This document shows, in pieces, positions 1-14,400 of a stretch of DNA of 64,000 bases; within the stretch, counting starts at the first letter, position 1, and each line of letters starts with the position of its first letter. Under the pieces are notes generated by a model. The model was not told where the DNA came from, did no database searches, and saw only the letters and a list, made by a program, of their open reading frames with translations. Origin of the DNA: Psammoneis japonica (taxonomy: Eukaryota); contig QPGO01000009.1 of the NCBI GenBank assembly GCA_008632985.1, forward strand, positions 496,001 to 560,000. The letters are read 5' to 3'. Made by a program: the position numbers and the translations under genes.

Positions 1-2854
1 CCTTGACTGTCTTGGGAGACAGCCTCTGCCTTTTGGACCACGTGTTCATCACTCCTGTGGTTCACCACACCATCTGACAATGGATGCTGCACCAAATGCT
101 GGTTGCCTTCACAGTTGCACTGGGCAAACATGTTCTCAGCCATGACACTGGCCATCAGCTTGGTTTCCTGGCCATCAGGGAACTCAACCTTCTTGTGGAC
201 CCCCGTGCCCAGGATGGGATTGGTGCTGGCCAGTCCAGCTGGTGTGCCATCCAGGTTGAGCATGCACCGTGTGACCTTGCTGGTTCTTTGGCACATGTCC
301 CCATGTGGCAGCAACACCTCAGCATTCAAGAGGATGTCATGGGCTGCGTCAGGCAGTGTGTCCTCATCTGGGGCATTGGACGAACCTTGTCCTGAATCAT
401 CCTTGTGTGGGTCAAAGGTGGGAGCAATCACATCAGGGTTGCCAATGTTGCTGATGGTCATCCCAGGGCCTGGCTTGGCCTCCATGATGGTGTCAAACTT
501 GTCACGCATGAGTGCATCTTGTGGCGCAGTTCCTCAGGTGTGAGTGGTCTGCAGGAGGATCAGCAGATGACCCATCCATTCTCCTTGAGTGTCTTTGCAG
601 TCATCACTGGTCTTGCGTCCCTGCTTGGGCCTGGGCACCTCCCTGAGACTTCTTTGTCACAGGGAATGGGACAGCCATGTCCCTGAACATGACCCAGTCA
701 TGCCATCTGACCTCCCATGTGTGTGAAACATTGGCCTTCTGTCCTGACACCACTGTCTCCAGCACTTCACCATTGAGCTTGCAAATGCCATGAAGGGCAT
801 CAGACCAGATCAGAGCTCAAATTCAAGGCAGTCATCCCACAGACGTTTGGGTGCCTGAGTCTTGACCATCTTGTGCCCAACACCTTGCTTGAGCTTGTGC
901 ATGGTGCCTTTGGCAAAGTTGGACCAAGGGGTGCATGGCTTGGTCTGTCAAATGTGGCAGTCCACCACTTGCACCATCTGCTGTCATGGTGTGAGGCACC
1001 CCATCTTGGGTGAAGAGCAGGGGCAGTGCCTCGTGAGCAAGACCTTTGGATCTCATGTGATGGGCATGTGCCCAGCAATTGGCCATGCCAAAAACTGGGG
1101 CACATGTGTCACCGCATCTTGACTTGACAGAAGAGAACAGGGTGTGGGAGCACATCTCCTTTGCAGCGTGGCTGCAATGGAGTTGGCGGTCATTCATGCG
1201 GAAACAATGTAACAGCATTGGGTGCAACATGGTTTGGGCACCGCGCTGAGTGGTGGCCTTGACTGCATTCTCTGTGTCCTTGACACTGATGGACCAATTC
1301 TTGGCCAGCTTTTCAGCATCTGTCTTTAAACCCCATTTTGTCATCTTGAGCAAAGAGAGGCCAACAGAGGCAAGGAGCATGCATTTGTCACATGCATTGG
1401 AAATGTCTTGTGCTCTGAAATGGTTGGTTTCATGGTGGGAAAGCAGCTCTTGTAAATCCATTGAGTTTTAGTGGGATCACCAATTGGTTGTGTGAATCCG
1501 CGTCCTTGAGTGTCACTGCATGTGATGTGCTGTCAGGCTTTGTCAGCAGGAACTTGGGCTTTAAAGTTGAGCCCTGCCTATTCAGCCACAGTTGCGTGGG
1601 ACACAAAAGGCAGTGTTCAAGATGTGGGATGTGGACAGCTTGGTGGACTGCCAAGATGTGGTGTTCACCCAAGGTGGGGTCCGTGCACATCATGGCACCA
1701 ATGATGGTGTGCAAGCTTTTGCCAGTGCCCAAGTCTGGGTCACAACCAACAATGTCTGCTGGGTGATCATGATCAAGCAGAATTGAAGCACATTTTCCTG
1801 ATGCACTTGTGTCAGCATGACCATCTGTCTCAGTCCAAGATCCCCCTCGTGCTCAGCTTCTGTCATGGCAGTCTGAGTCAGGTGCAAAGAGGTTTGAAGT
1901 GGGCTGAGATGCATGACCTTGGGAGGAGGTCACACCTTCCTCCAGCCAGGCTCACAGCCACCAATTTTGTCACACCTGTTCTTGGCCATGGTGTCCTTGA
2001 GAAGAGCAAGATTGTTGTGATTGCTGCACTGCTTGAGGATGACAGGCAGCTTTTTCTCCTCCTCATTAGAGTTGCTTGCAGCATTGTCCTGCTGACCTTC
2101 AAGGTGTGCTTCAATGGCAGCTGCAGTCCAGACAAGAAGGTTGACTTGCTTGGCAGCATCTGACTTGGAATCATTGCATGCATGCCATCATGCAGGGACT
2201 TGAGCTTCTTGTGCACCTTGGGAGAGAATCGGCCGCCATGTTGTTTGTTGGCATGGTGCTCATCCTCAAGTCAATGATGTCCTCAGTGTGGATCACACCA
2301 CACTGCTTGAGCTTGCCAGTCTTCACAGCTGCAATGTGCAGTGAAGGGTTGAAATCCTTGCCAGGCTTGGATTGTTTGAAGAAGTCCTTGCAAAGTGCAA
2401 CCCAGGCATCAAAGTCGCATGATCTGCATGTTTTGACTGAGTCAAGCTTTGGATCCTTGACACTCTCTAGCAGGTGGCAAACCTTGAACTGTTTGTCAAT
2501 GCCATCACAGCCACACTCCTTGAGTCCTTCAAGGATTGTGTGTTGTTTGACATGAACACGTGTGCAGCACTCGAAGTTCCAGTTGCACTTCTCCCTGTGG
2601 CATGAGAGGCCTGCCAGGCACTTCTCGGCAACACTGGCCACATTGTCCACATCATTGGGACCTGGAGAGTGGTTGCACAAGTTGCAACAGGTGGCCCTGC
2701 CATCCTGTGTGTGTTGTGCTGACTCAACATGAGCCCAGCATGAATGCTCTATGGTGATGCCAGATGCCATCGCCCAAACCTTGTGGTTGTCGGGCACAAA
2801 GGTTTCAGCAGGCTGGAGATCATCAGCCCCAAGTGTGGCAGCATGGGGCGCACA

Positions 2855-4750
2855 AGCAAAATCATCTTGGCAATGGCATCCCCATTGCAGTTGGCCTGGT
2901 CGTTGTCTGCTTCAGGTGTGACAGCCGGGTTGTTGCAAGTCACGCAGGCCACGGGTGTGTTGGTCTTGCCCCGGCGTGCATGCAGATGTTCTGTGACAGA
3001 CTCTGCAGTCTTTGGCCAGTCCTTCTCAATGATGTTCAGTGGGGCATCTGGTGCAATGCAGGAGGACTCAACAGTGTGGAGGTGACAGCATCCCCTGATG
3101 CAGTTTAGGGTGACATTGGCAGGATGCAGGTTGCAGGAGATGGGGTGCAGTGGCAAGCAGCGCAAGCGGCGAGCTTGAGATTCATCTCCCCTGGCACGCA
3201 GGGAGACAGCAGTGCCCAAGTTGGGCTGAGGTGGATCTGCTGGGTCTGCTGGAGGAGCCATTCCTCCTGGCCTGCAGATGACCTTGCACAAGGTCTTGAC
3301 CTGGTGGTTGTCCAAATGATGCAGAGTTCATCGACCGAGTCGATTCCCTGCTCATTGGCTGAGGCTGCGGACCCTGAGTCCATGAAGCCCAGATGACAGC
3401 ATGCAGTGTGCATCATTGCAATGGCTGCCATGGTGTTGTCAAAAGGGTGGTGGTTGGTGTTGAAGTTTGTGCAGTGTGTGAAAACTCACAATTCTGGGAA
3501 AAGTGAGGATGATGCACACACTCCGCATTGCTTTTTCATCGTTGCATGTGTTCCGTTAGTTTCATGTGGCCAACATGCCCACAATGAGACACTCACAAGC
3601 AAAATCATCTTGGCAACAGCATCCCCATTGCAGTTGGCCTGGTCATTGTCCACTTCAGGTGTGACAGCCAGGTTGTCCCGAGTCAAGCAGGTCACGGGTG
3701 TGTTGGTCTCGCCCCGGCGTGCGCGCAGATGTTCTGCGACAAACTCTGCAGTCTTCGGCCACCCAGTCCTTCTCAATGATGTTCAGTGGGGCATCTGGTG
3801 CAATGCAGGAGGACTCAACAGTGTGGAGGTGACAGCATCCTCTGATGTGGTTGAGGGCAACATTGGCAGGATGCAGGTTGCGGGAGATGCGGGTGCAGCG
3901 GACGGGTTCCAGTCCCAGGTGGGATTCCGTGTGACATTGGGCCAGCAGAATTCTGCGTGCAAGCTCCGCAGTAAATTCATGCTGCAATGAAAATGTGTGT
4001 GATCACCAACAGAAAAAGAGGCAATTTTATGAACATGTCTCCTCCTTCATGCTTGCAGCACATCATTGACAGTTTGCCTGGGTGTGTTCTTCAGACATTT
4101 GAGAACACACCCAGCGCATTTTCATCATCACAAATGTTGAAAATAGAAAGCCTTTGGCTTTGCAAAACAGGGAGCATGAAACAATTTCGTAGAATGTCGC
4201 ACATAGAAATGCACGTGCGCGACATGCGGTGTGATCCAAAAAACCATTGATGTCACAGTTTGGCAGTGCGAGGTCCCACCTGGAACTGGAGCATGTCAGC
4301 GGCGAGTGGCGCAAGCGGCGAGCTTGAGATTCATCTCGGCCGGCACGCAGGGAGACAGCAGTGCCCAAGTTGGGCTGAGGTGGATCTGCTGGGTCTGCTG
4401 GAGAAGCCATTTCTCCTGGCCTGCGGATGACCTTGCACAAGGTCTCAACCTGGTGGTCGTCCAAATGATGCAGTTCGTCGACCGAGTCGATTCTCTGCTT
4501 GTTGGCTGAGGCTGCAGACCTTGCGTCCGTGAAGCCCAGATGATGGCATGCAGCACGCATCACTGCAATGGCCGCCATGGTGTTGTCAAAAGGGTGGTGG
4601 TTGGTGTCGAAGTTTGTGCAGTGTGTGAGAACTCACAATTCTGGGAAAAGTGAGGACGATGCGATGCGCGCACACTTCGTATCGCTTTTACAGTACATCG
4701 TTGTATCTGTTCCGTTAGTTTTATGTGGCCAACGTGCCTAAAATGAGACA
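2855..4750 (-). repeat. Internal tandem duplication of the 5' gag region of the copia element
   Basis: ~3160-3590 matches ~4310-4750, and ~2855-3140 matches ~3595-3890. Two gag starts at 3431 and 4578. Confidence 0.9.
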
Positions 4751-4790
4751 TGCGTGGTTGAATAAAATATTCACGTTCGTAAGATCTACT

Positions 4791-5177
4791 TGATCGATGC
4801 TGATGGTGAGTGCAAAGTATAATATCGTGAATTATACAGCGAAATAGTATTTGTGTCTGGACATAAAACTGGATTTTAGCGACGAACTTGCGTTATGTCT
4901 TTCATAAATGAATATATTTTAAAATATGATATTATCACCCAGCGATTTTCAAATCGCTCACGCATTTGCTCCGAGATAACTTCGGAATGGAAATGGCGTC
5001 CCAAATCCATGGATTGCACTCTGTGTTCGCGTATGTACTGCATGAAACACATCAGAATAGTCGATACTGTAGTAATCAATAAGTATTATAGTCGAACTCT
5101 AGCTTGGGAGTAAGTAGCCAACTCGTCAAGCACGAGCACCGCTTGTACTCTTAGATGTTTGCTCGTCATCCCTGACA
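4791..5177 (-). repeat. Putative 5' LTR of the copia element
   Basis: TG...CA-bounded segment (tgatcg...cctgaca; minus strand starts TGTCAGG) just upstream of gag, with normal TA and CG content. The second LTR is outside the window, so it is unconfirmed. Confidence 0.5.
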
Positions 5178-5419
5178 CGGTGGAACGAATGCCAGTGTTG
5201 CGAAACGATCGCAAGCGAAATCATCGATACCATTGTTGCTACATGCGGCATATGGCTCTGATAAAGTGAATAAAATACCCTGTGGTCGCACACACTGGGG
5301 AAAGTTTAAAAGAAAGCTTGTGACATCGTGCTGCTATTTTCGAGAAGTGAGCTCACCCGATGAGCTGACATCGAATTGGCTTATCGCTAAATTCCTTATT
5401 CAATGTACAAATTATCACA

Positions 5420-8400
5420 AATTAATTTCACATGGTAAACTCTTCAAATGGCAGGGGTGCTGAGGACATTTTGTTGTCATGTTCATGACTCCTTTTGGTC
5501 TGTTCATGCAGCAACACATCATGCATTTTCTCAATGTCAACCTTGAGCCGAAGGGACCCAGAACACACACATTTTTGTTTTGCCTGTCTTGGGTGCATCT
5601 GCCAGCACAGACCTTCTCCAACAAAGAGTTTGGCAGTGGTGGCTCTGTGGAGATGGATGAGACAGCATTCTTGGACTGGCTCAATGCCCCCCAGCTTCGA
5701 AGTGAGTTCACACTCATTTGTGGAGGATGAGGGCTTCTTGCAGGTGTGTCATGCTTGCAGGTGTTGTGTTGCAAGTTGCACACTGCAGCAATTTTGTGTC
5801 TAGAGCCAGATGTTGCAAAGGGGGCAAAGAAAAGGAAAACATGGGTTGCAAACCCTGGACAACAGAAACAAAAGACATCACAGAATGCCAAGTGTTTGTC
5901 TGCTGACAATGAACCCATCTGCTGCACGGAAAGCATTGCTGGGCTGGTGCTGTTGGAGAAAACAAGAGCTGGACCCATCTGCTGCATGTGGAAAGCATTG
6001 CCAGGCTGGCACTGTTTGAGGAGACAAGGGCATGGCTTCCATTGAAGTGTGGCAAAGATGTGCAAGAAACTGGAAGCTGCTGGCTGGCAATGTGGTGGAT
6101 GCAAATGATTTGAGTGCATCAGAAGCAGAAGAGTTTTACAATGCTGTTGCTGTTTGAAAGCACATGCAAGAAAGGTTGTGCTGCATGTGGCTGTTGTGGT
6201 TGGAGTTGACTGTGACTCCAATGCAGGCAGAGTGTCCAACATTGGTCCAGCCAAAATTCAACATCTCATTGGAGAAAATGATTTGGTGCAGAGCAATTGT
6301 TTGAGAGCACTGTTTCAAGAAGAGAGGCTTGCCAATGGCAGTCCTCAGCATGTGTGCACATTGGCAATTTTGTGCAAGCCAGGAAAACATTGTCAATGAT
6401 GACACCAGCACAGGAAACAAGGTTGCTTTTGTGTGTGCTCCTGTTGCCCACAAATCAATTTGTTGGATCTTGCTTCATGACAAACAACAAGGTCAGAGTG
6501 GCACCCAGCATCTTGAGGAAGGTGCTCAAACTCAAGAAGTCACTCTTTGGGCTCAAAGAATTTTCAAGAAATTTCTCAATTTTCTGAGTTCAAATTTGTG
6601 AGAAGTGGGCTTCAAACAAAATCAAAAAGCAGACCTCCCCCTTGCCTCTTCATTTCAGAAAAGTGCCAGCTTGGTGCCTTGTCTTCATGGAGAGCACTCT
6701 CCTCTGTGCTCTCCAAAACTGCCTCACAAAGATTGTTGCAATCCAATGTCCCCATCAATGGTCATCATGCAGGCTCTGCAGTTTGTTTTGGATTGTCTGG
6801 TCATTTGAACATCAAAACTCATGCCTGAAAGTGCTCTTTTGACAATGGAAGCAAGCACAAGGCACATGGTCTCTGTGCACTCTGATTGATTGCCAGTGGA
6901 ATGGGCCTTGCTTCAAGGCACATTTGCTTCTCAGCTGTGAGTCATGCCAGTGGGTGGATGTGATGCTTGTTGAGGGGATGAACAGAGCGTGCATCCTGTT
7001 GGGGAAGGTGCAAGAGTGCAGGATTGTGCCAACTTAATTGCTCTCTGCTGCAGAGCAGGTGGTGAGCAGTTTTTCTGTGACCTTGCCATGGGAGTTTCCT
7101 CAAATCCTGCACCTCAGCTTCCATCAATGGCCAAACACTCTCTTGTCTCATGCCACACACTGAAGCAGGCACTCTGCAAAACACCATTGCTCATTGAATG
7201 GATTTGGCAGTGAGTGCCTTGTTGCTGTTGCGTGAGAAACTCATTCTTAAAACACCAATCTGCAGCCAAGGATTGGCCCCACATGGCACAACATCTGCTC
7301 ACAGAAAGCTGAGCATCAACGCTCTCTTGATTTTTATTTTAAACTGCCAAATGGCATGTGTTTTCTTCCAATTTGCTCACAAGCCACACCACTCATGTTG
7401 AGTTAACAAGACATCACTGATGTGAACCACACAGATTTAAATCATGCAATGCCATGCACAAACTCCACAACGCAACTCTCCAGCTGCAGTTTCCACCAAG
7501 CTTGCTGACAAGAGAGTGCCGCATTTGCTTTTGATGGTGTCCTTGTTGGAGCCTTCTGGCAAGTTGCAAGTCCTTTGGCACGACAGCAACACACTTTCCA
7601 TGAATTGCTCAAAGATTGGCATCTTCAAAGAGTCCAGCCAAATGAGCTTTAGAGGCCTCTTGTGGTGCCAAGATGGCAGAACCTTGCCAGCAAAAGTTTT
7701 CTTTTTGTAACCTTGATTTTTGAGTCTCACACACCAACCTGGCAAAAGGCAAATGATGCAACAACAACTTGGTGCTTCCCTGGCAAGCTCGGATTTCCTT
7801 CAGAGCCTTTTCCCCTGGAAATGAAAATGAGGAAGTGAGCAATTGGGTGAGGAAATTTGAGTTAGATTTGCTGAAATTGCACTCAAAAACATCAAACACA
7901 CCACAGCGCATGTGGTGCTTCCTCTTTGGCTTTGCTTTGACTCAGGTCTACAACCCAAAACTGGAATGTCAGCTCTTGCATGATGGTGTCGGCCTCCAAC
8001 CAAGGTGCCACCAGCACCACTTGCCCTCTGAGATGGCCCCAAAGAATGGATGTGATCTTGTGTCTCACCATGGCCGGCTTCTGCTTCTCTGTTTGAGCAA
8101 GAGACGAGAGAGCAAAGTCGAGCTTTTTGTACATTCATGAATGTTTTTTACATTTGTCACAGAAAAAGCTGTCCATCACTGTCTCATTGTTGTCTGGGGT
8201 GCAGCAGGATTGCATTTTTGTGTTGTTGAGTTTGCCGCCAATTGGTTGATTGCCAAACACACCTGTTGCTTCATGTGCAAAGCTGGGTTTGAGACAGCAT
8301 GTGCCAAGAACAAAACAAAGCTTGTTCACTCACCCCTCAAAGATGTTGAGCTCTCACAACAGTTTGATGATGGAGTGAGCTGATGCACACGCCACTTCTT

Positions 8401-11400
8401 GTCACACGTTGCTGGAGAACATTGTGGTGTTGCAGCTGGCATGGATCAAATGCCACCTCAGCAATCCCTTGGGATGAGTGCACTCCTGAGCACTTCAACA
8501 AGGCTGTCTGTGCAGTCTTTCCACTTGCATTGTGCTGTGAAGCCTGTTGTGCATGTGATGCTGTGGAGCCCCACCTCCCAACTTGCAAAAAGCTGGGCTT
8601 GGCTGAAGCTGCTGCAACACATGTGGATTGCATGGAAGTGTCATTTTGTCACACTGGCCATTCTTTTTGCTGCAGAGCATGCAGGTGAGCAGTTTTTGTG
8701 TGAGCTTGCCACTTCTAAAATCCTGCACCTTGTGTGGTGCGGCGCCCGCCCACCTCCTGCCACCACTCTTGAGCTTGCACTTGTTGTTTGGCTGTTGATC
8801 ACTGTCATTGTCTGCTTGCAGTGGGACTGCATCTTTTTTGTTGTTGAGCTTGTTGATGATTGGTTGATTGCCAAACACACCTGTTGCTTGCTTCATGTGC
8901 AAAGCTGCTCTTGAGACTGCCTGGTGTGACAATGATGTGCAAAACAAAACTGTCTCACTTGCCCTTGAAAAATGTTGAGAGAGCCCTCACAACAGCTCAA
9001 TGATGGAGCTGGACTGATGCACACTTGTTGTCACATTTTTGCCAGAGAACATGGCATTGAAGCATTGTTGCATGTTTGGGGGGTCACTTCAGTAAAATGC
9101 AGCTCATTGGCTGCAGCTTCTCCTTGCCATGCCGGACCAGAAAAAATGTTTGATCACTTTGACAATGACCGCATGATGCTGAAGAAAAAAAATGATCAAA
9201 TGCCACCTCAGCAATCCCTCAGGATGAGTGCACTCCTCCTGAGCACTTCAACAAGGCTGTGCAGTCTTTCCACTTGCATTGTGCTGTGAAGCCTGCTGTT
9301 CATGCGATGTTGTGGAGCCCCACCTGCCAACTTGCTAAAAGCCTTGCTCAGCTGAAGCTGCTGCAACACATGTGGATTGCACTGTGATGTCATTTTGTCA
9401 CGCTGACCATTTGTCTGGCACACCATCCCTGTTCTTTCAACAAGCAAGACAGGTGAAAAATGCCTTGTTCTTTGTGGCAGCAGCAGCAGCCAACCAGCTG
9501 TGTGGGCATGTTTCTCATTGCATGGCTGTGGCTGAAGACCTGTCTCAAACCCATGTGGGGAACACAAGAAAGTGTTCTTTGCCAATGATGGCAAGAATCT
9601 CAAAAAAGGAGTGTGATGGCAGCAGGGGCTGTGGCAGATGCAAGCACAGCAGAGGCAGTCAAGGAGATTGTGAAAGAGACACACCCTGGTCCTCCTGATG
9701 TGATCCTTGTGCAGTGCTGTGCAGCGCCAAGGCTCCAACCATGCATGGTGCTGGTGGCTGCTGCAACCCCCAAGTGATCCCCCAATTGTTGGGGCCCACT
9801 GAGTTGCAATGGTGGACAAAAAGGAAGCCAAGGCTCTGGTGGTCATGGAGGCAATGCCAGAAGCCAAGGACATGGCAGAGAGGATGCCATGGTGGCAGCC
9901 AAGGAGGGCACTGTCACACAATCCCCCATTCATCATGGAGAAGCTCAACATTTGCAGCAATCAAGAAGATGGAGTTGACCATGATGGTGGCCAGCACTGC
10001 CACAATGATCAAACCAGTCAAGCTCAAGATCAGAGCTGCAGATGCCAGCAAGCTTTTGGACAGAATGGAGCTGCTTGAGCAGAAAATGACAACCACCAGG
10101 CTCAAGGAGCTCCTTGTGGCAAAATGCCCCATTTGCCCCTGCAATTGGACAAGGCCCTTCAAGCAAAAAAGGTCTGGAGAGCAGCTTGCCTGACAGACAG
10201 AATCCTTGATGCTGTTGATTTGGAGCTGACAGCTCCAGAGCTGAGTGCTCCCAGCCATCTCACTGCATTGAACCCTGTGTCAAAAGCTTGTGCTGCATTG
10301 AAAATTGCACGAGCAAAGAACATGAGTGAAATTTGTGCTGCAAAGCTGCTGCTGGTCTGTTGTTTTGTTTTGAATGTGCTGCCAGCCACAGATTGTGTGA
10401 ATGATGAGGAGGATGCTTTGACCAAGATGTGCTCAACTTTGGAAAGCTCCTCATCCCAAGATTGCCTCTCAAGCATCCCCAACAGTGCTGTGGCTCTTGC
10501 CACTCTCCTCTTGTGGCGCGCACAATCCACCAGTGGCAAGTGCTGCAAGTGCTTTTTGATTCTGGCGAGTTGCACACACCCTGATCAGCTCCAGCATTTT
10601 TGCCCATGTGGGAGCTGTGCCATCTGTCAGTGAAGAAGGTTTTTGCTTGTTGTCCTCTTCCAAAAACAGCAGTCAGAGTGTTCCAATCAGGGTGGTGGGT
10701 GATGCTTGGCAAAACATGGCATTGTTGGCAGAATCTGACAAGATTCATTGAGGCAACAGTGTGTCAATGCACATCTTCAATGCACACCTTCTTGCACATC
10801 TGTGACATGACTCTGGGCCATGATGTCCTCAGCAAGATCAGGCTGTGAATCAATTTTGACAATGGGGCTTTTCCTCCCTAGGTGCACAAGGTTGTGCCAA
10901 CAAAGGAGGTGAGCCATTTGCCCAAGCTCTGCAGCTGGTGCATTGCACTTGATCATTTTGATCGGCTTGACAACAAACTTGAAGATGAACATGAGTGCAA
11001 AGATGCTGACTGCAGCACTGGCTGCATTTTGGATGTCAAGCACAAACTGACCAGTGTGGCCAAGATCATCAAGAACCTTCTTGATCATCTGATGGACTGG
11101 CAGTGGGAAAAGCCATTGTCCTGTGCTGGAAAAATGTGATGCTTTGTTTGACTGCATGTGAGGAGTCCATTCTCATGAGGAGAAGGTGTGCCCAGAAGTC
11201 AAGAAAAATTCTGCATTCACCCCATCATTCCAGACCATGCAAAGCTCCACAAGCAAACTGAGAAGTGCTCAAAAAGGAGCTCAAGCATCCACTCAACATT
11301 GGAGTGATGTGACCTTGTGGGCCAACTGGGTGGGCACAAATCACCTTTGTCATTCCAAAGAAAGACAACCCAGTGTGCCAGGTGTCCAAGTTTTGTGAGC

Positions 11401-14400
11401 TCAACAAGGTGTTGAAATGAAAGGTCTGTTCTTTGCCAGCAATTCAAGATGTGTTGCAATGTTGTGAATTCTTTGTGAAAATTGATCTTGCCACATTCTG
11501 TTGTCATCTCAAGTTTGATGATGAGAGCAAGAGGAGCCAGCCACTGTCATCACACCACACAGGAAAGTCCACCAGCATGATTGCCGCCACATGACTGTGG
11601 GATTGAAAATTGAAAATGGCTCCCAACATTGTGCAACAATTGGTGGTTTTGACATTGAAGCATGTGTTGACAATGTGGGTGCTTTTGACATTGACTTTGA
11701 TGCTCAGCCAGCTTGTCTTGACAAAGCATTGAATCACATCTGCAGGACAAGAATGGCTTGAAGCAAGGTGAGTCTGCTGAAGTGGGAGAGCAGTGCATGC
11801 TGCATGCGGGAGAGCTGACTGCCTGGGACACTGGCTCATGTCAAGTGGTGTCAAGCCATTAAAAGAAATGGTCAAGGCTGTCCTGTGTGTTTGCAGCTGC
11901 CTCACAGAGTGCTTTGCAACTCTGATCTTTCCTTGGTGTGGCAACCTGTCATCACAACATGTGGCCTCATTGGCTGCATTTCCCAGCTCCACACTCTGAT
12001 TGATTTCACAGGCAAGAGCAAGTTTGAGTGGACCAGTGCATGCAAGAGAAGGTGCTGGATGAGACAAAAGCTGTCAACACATTTAAGAGGTGCTGCTGGG
12101 CTGTCCCAACCACAACCTTCCTTTTCTTCACATCTGCACTGATTCTTCCAACCATCCTCAAATGGGTGCACCACTGTCATCCAAGAAGGCAAACCAGTGG
12201 TGTGCTGGTCCAAGCAGCCATCTGAGGCTCACACCTGGCACAACTTTTCAACCATGGAAAAAGATTTGGTTGCTGTTTCCATGTGCCTCCTCAAAGAGTT
12301 CCACAATGTGCTGCTCAGCACAGATGTTGCTGTTTACACCAGCTGCAAGAATCTTCCCTTTTGACTTCAAAGCACTCACTTGCATTGATGCTGTTTTGCT
12401 GGCTTCACACCAGAGCTTGCTCACATTGACCAGGAAACTTCTCAACACTTGGCTCACAAGTTTTGCAACCTTTGGTCATTTTGTCATCCCAGGCCAAATT
12501 GCTGCACAACAACGGTGGCAAGTTCATCAGCTGAAAATTTCAAATGCTGCTCAAAACCAAGCTGGAACAGTGGACAATGTGCCAACTGCTTCAAGCAGCT
12601 TGACAGCCAATGCAGTCTGGGACAAATGTGCCAGGCAGTGTGGCAGCTGACACCCCTTCTGTGTGCTGCGCTTGTCTCTGGTGCTCCCAAAATCATTCAA
12701 CAAGCAAATGAAGTGGTGGGCAATGTGCCAGCTGCTGCAGTGTTCCAGCAACATGTGATTTTGGACCTGCTGGCAAGTGACAGCAGATCATGCTCCTGTC
12801 ATTCAAGACAGTGATCAAGCTCATTCCTTCCAATGTGGAAGCTTGTGCAGTCAGAACATTTGGGACATTGCAAGTCTGGGCCCATGGAGCTGCACTTGTG
12901 CCACCTGCATCAAATGCAGTGTGGAGTGGAGATTGCTGTGTCTGTCAAGTGGTGCAGTGTTGAGGTTGGGGGGTTTCTTCCCTTGAACACTTGGGTTTCC
13001 CTTTCCTTGCCACAGAGGGAAAGAGTGAGCAGAGCAGTCATCTGGCCACTGTGTTCTGCAGTCATGAGTGCCTCATCTGAGGGAAGCATTGTGTGGGGCT
13101 CTGTCCATCAGCAAGCCCTTCCAGGTTTTCTCACAATTTTCTTAGAAAGTGCTGTTGTCAAGTCTTTGTCAAGCCAGACCTTGCAGGGACATGCTCTCCA
13201 GCAGCTGCAAGACCCACCCAGGGTGCAAACCTCACTCACTCCAGTCAGCACCAGAAGAAAGAAAAACCATGCAAAGTTGACTGCAGCCCCTTTCTCACAG
13301 ACACAATGCATGGAAACTGTGCCAGAAGTGATGTGCCACCATCACACACCTTTTTTCAGAACTCATCAACATGCCAAGACAGCAATGACAAAGGACTCCA
13401 CAGCACATGGTCATGAGAACAAGCAGAAAGCCAACATGGCATCTTGTCAAACCACATGTGCATGCATTGAACCCACCAACATTGGCAAGAAACGTGAAGC
13501 CATCATGGATCTCATGAAAAACACATGTGAAAAAGCAACACTCCAAAGATGATGACAGCATTTGTTGTCCTCTGTTGCCATGCAATGAGACACATGCCTC
13601 CCTGCCCTGATGTGCAGCACTTGCTTCTGAGCAATGAAAGGATCTGATGGAGCTGCAGGGGGCAAGAAGCTTTGAAAAAGCAGCCCTGAAGCATGCTGAA
13701 AAAGGCCTCACAAGCAAGTGAGAATTGTGCAAAACACAAAAAATCAGTGCAGTGTGTAGAGACAAGAACAGGCCACAGCTTGTGAGGGCACCCAGTCCCA
13801 AGTTTTGTTCATGTCAACTGTTTGACAAATTGAGGCTCAAGCACATGAAAACAAAACAAGCTTGTGCACAAGCTTCTGTGGCCCAATGTCCCAAAATTTC
13901 CACTCAGAGCTGGGCCATTGCTCATGAAGGATCTCAACAAGGGCAATCTCTGCAAGCTGACACAGGCCATCCTTTGTGGGGCAGCTCTCTGCTGGCCACA
14001 TTGTTGCACACAAGTTGGGAGCAAGAGAGCACTTTTTGTGTTTTCAGCAATGCCTGAAGTGATGGCTTGGTGGACTCTTGGTTTGAGGGACATGGGTTGT
14101 TTTGCTTCTTGCTTTGCATGCCAAAAAATTCTTGTGCCAACCTGTGCAGCTGGCTGGCAGCTGGTTGCTGCCCACTCTTTGGCCCCATCATGTGACACAT
14201 CAAGACAACAAACTTCAGAGCTGTTTTGGGTGCATCTGTGGTCTGCACACATGCCAAAAATGGCACTTGTTGTGCCAGTGACTCCTCAATTGACTGCCCC
14301 CATGCTGTGTGTGTGTGTGGCTTGCAGCCACGTCTGCAGCAACAACTTTGACACAAAAACTTTGATGCTTTGGCAAACAAACAAGTGCAGGTGCAAGCGC

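Larger units (their letters stand above)
1..5177 (-). mobile_element. Degenerate Ty1/copia (CoDi-type) LTR retrotransposon, 5' half (LTR, gag, protease region, integrase); continues beyond window start
   Basis: Minus-strand translations resemble diatom CoDi motifs as I recall them: gag N-terminus MAAIA..LGF..GIDSVDEL..VETLCKVIRRPG (4578 and 3431), VGCDPDLG..HILAVHQAVHIPHLEHCLLCP (~1590-1750), integrase core CAPVF..WAHAHHMRSKGLAHEALPLLFTQDGVP (~975-1120), GRCPGPS..MTAKTLKENG..RPLTPEE (~530-645) and NMFAQC.EGNQH (~95-135). Many stops and frameshifts. Confidence 0.88.
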
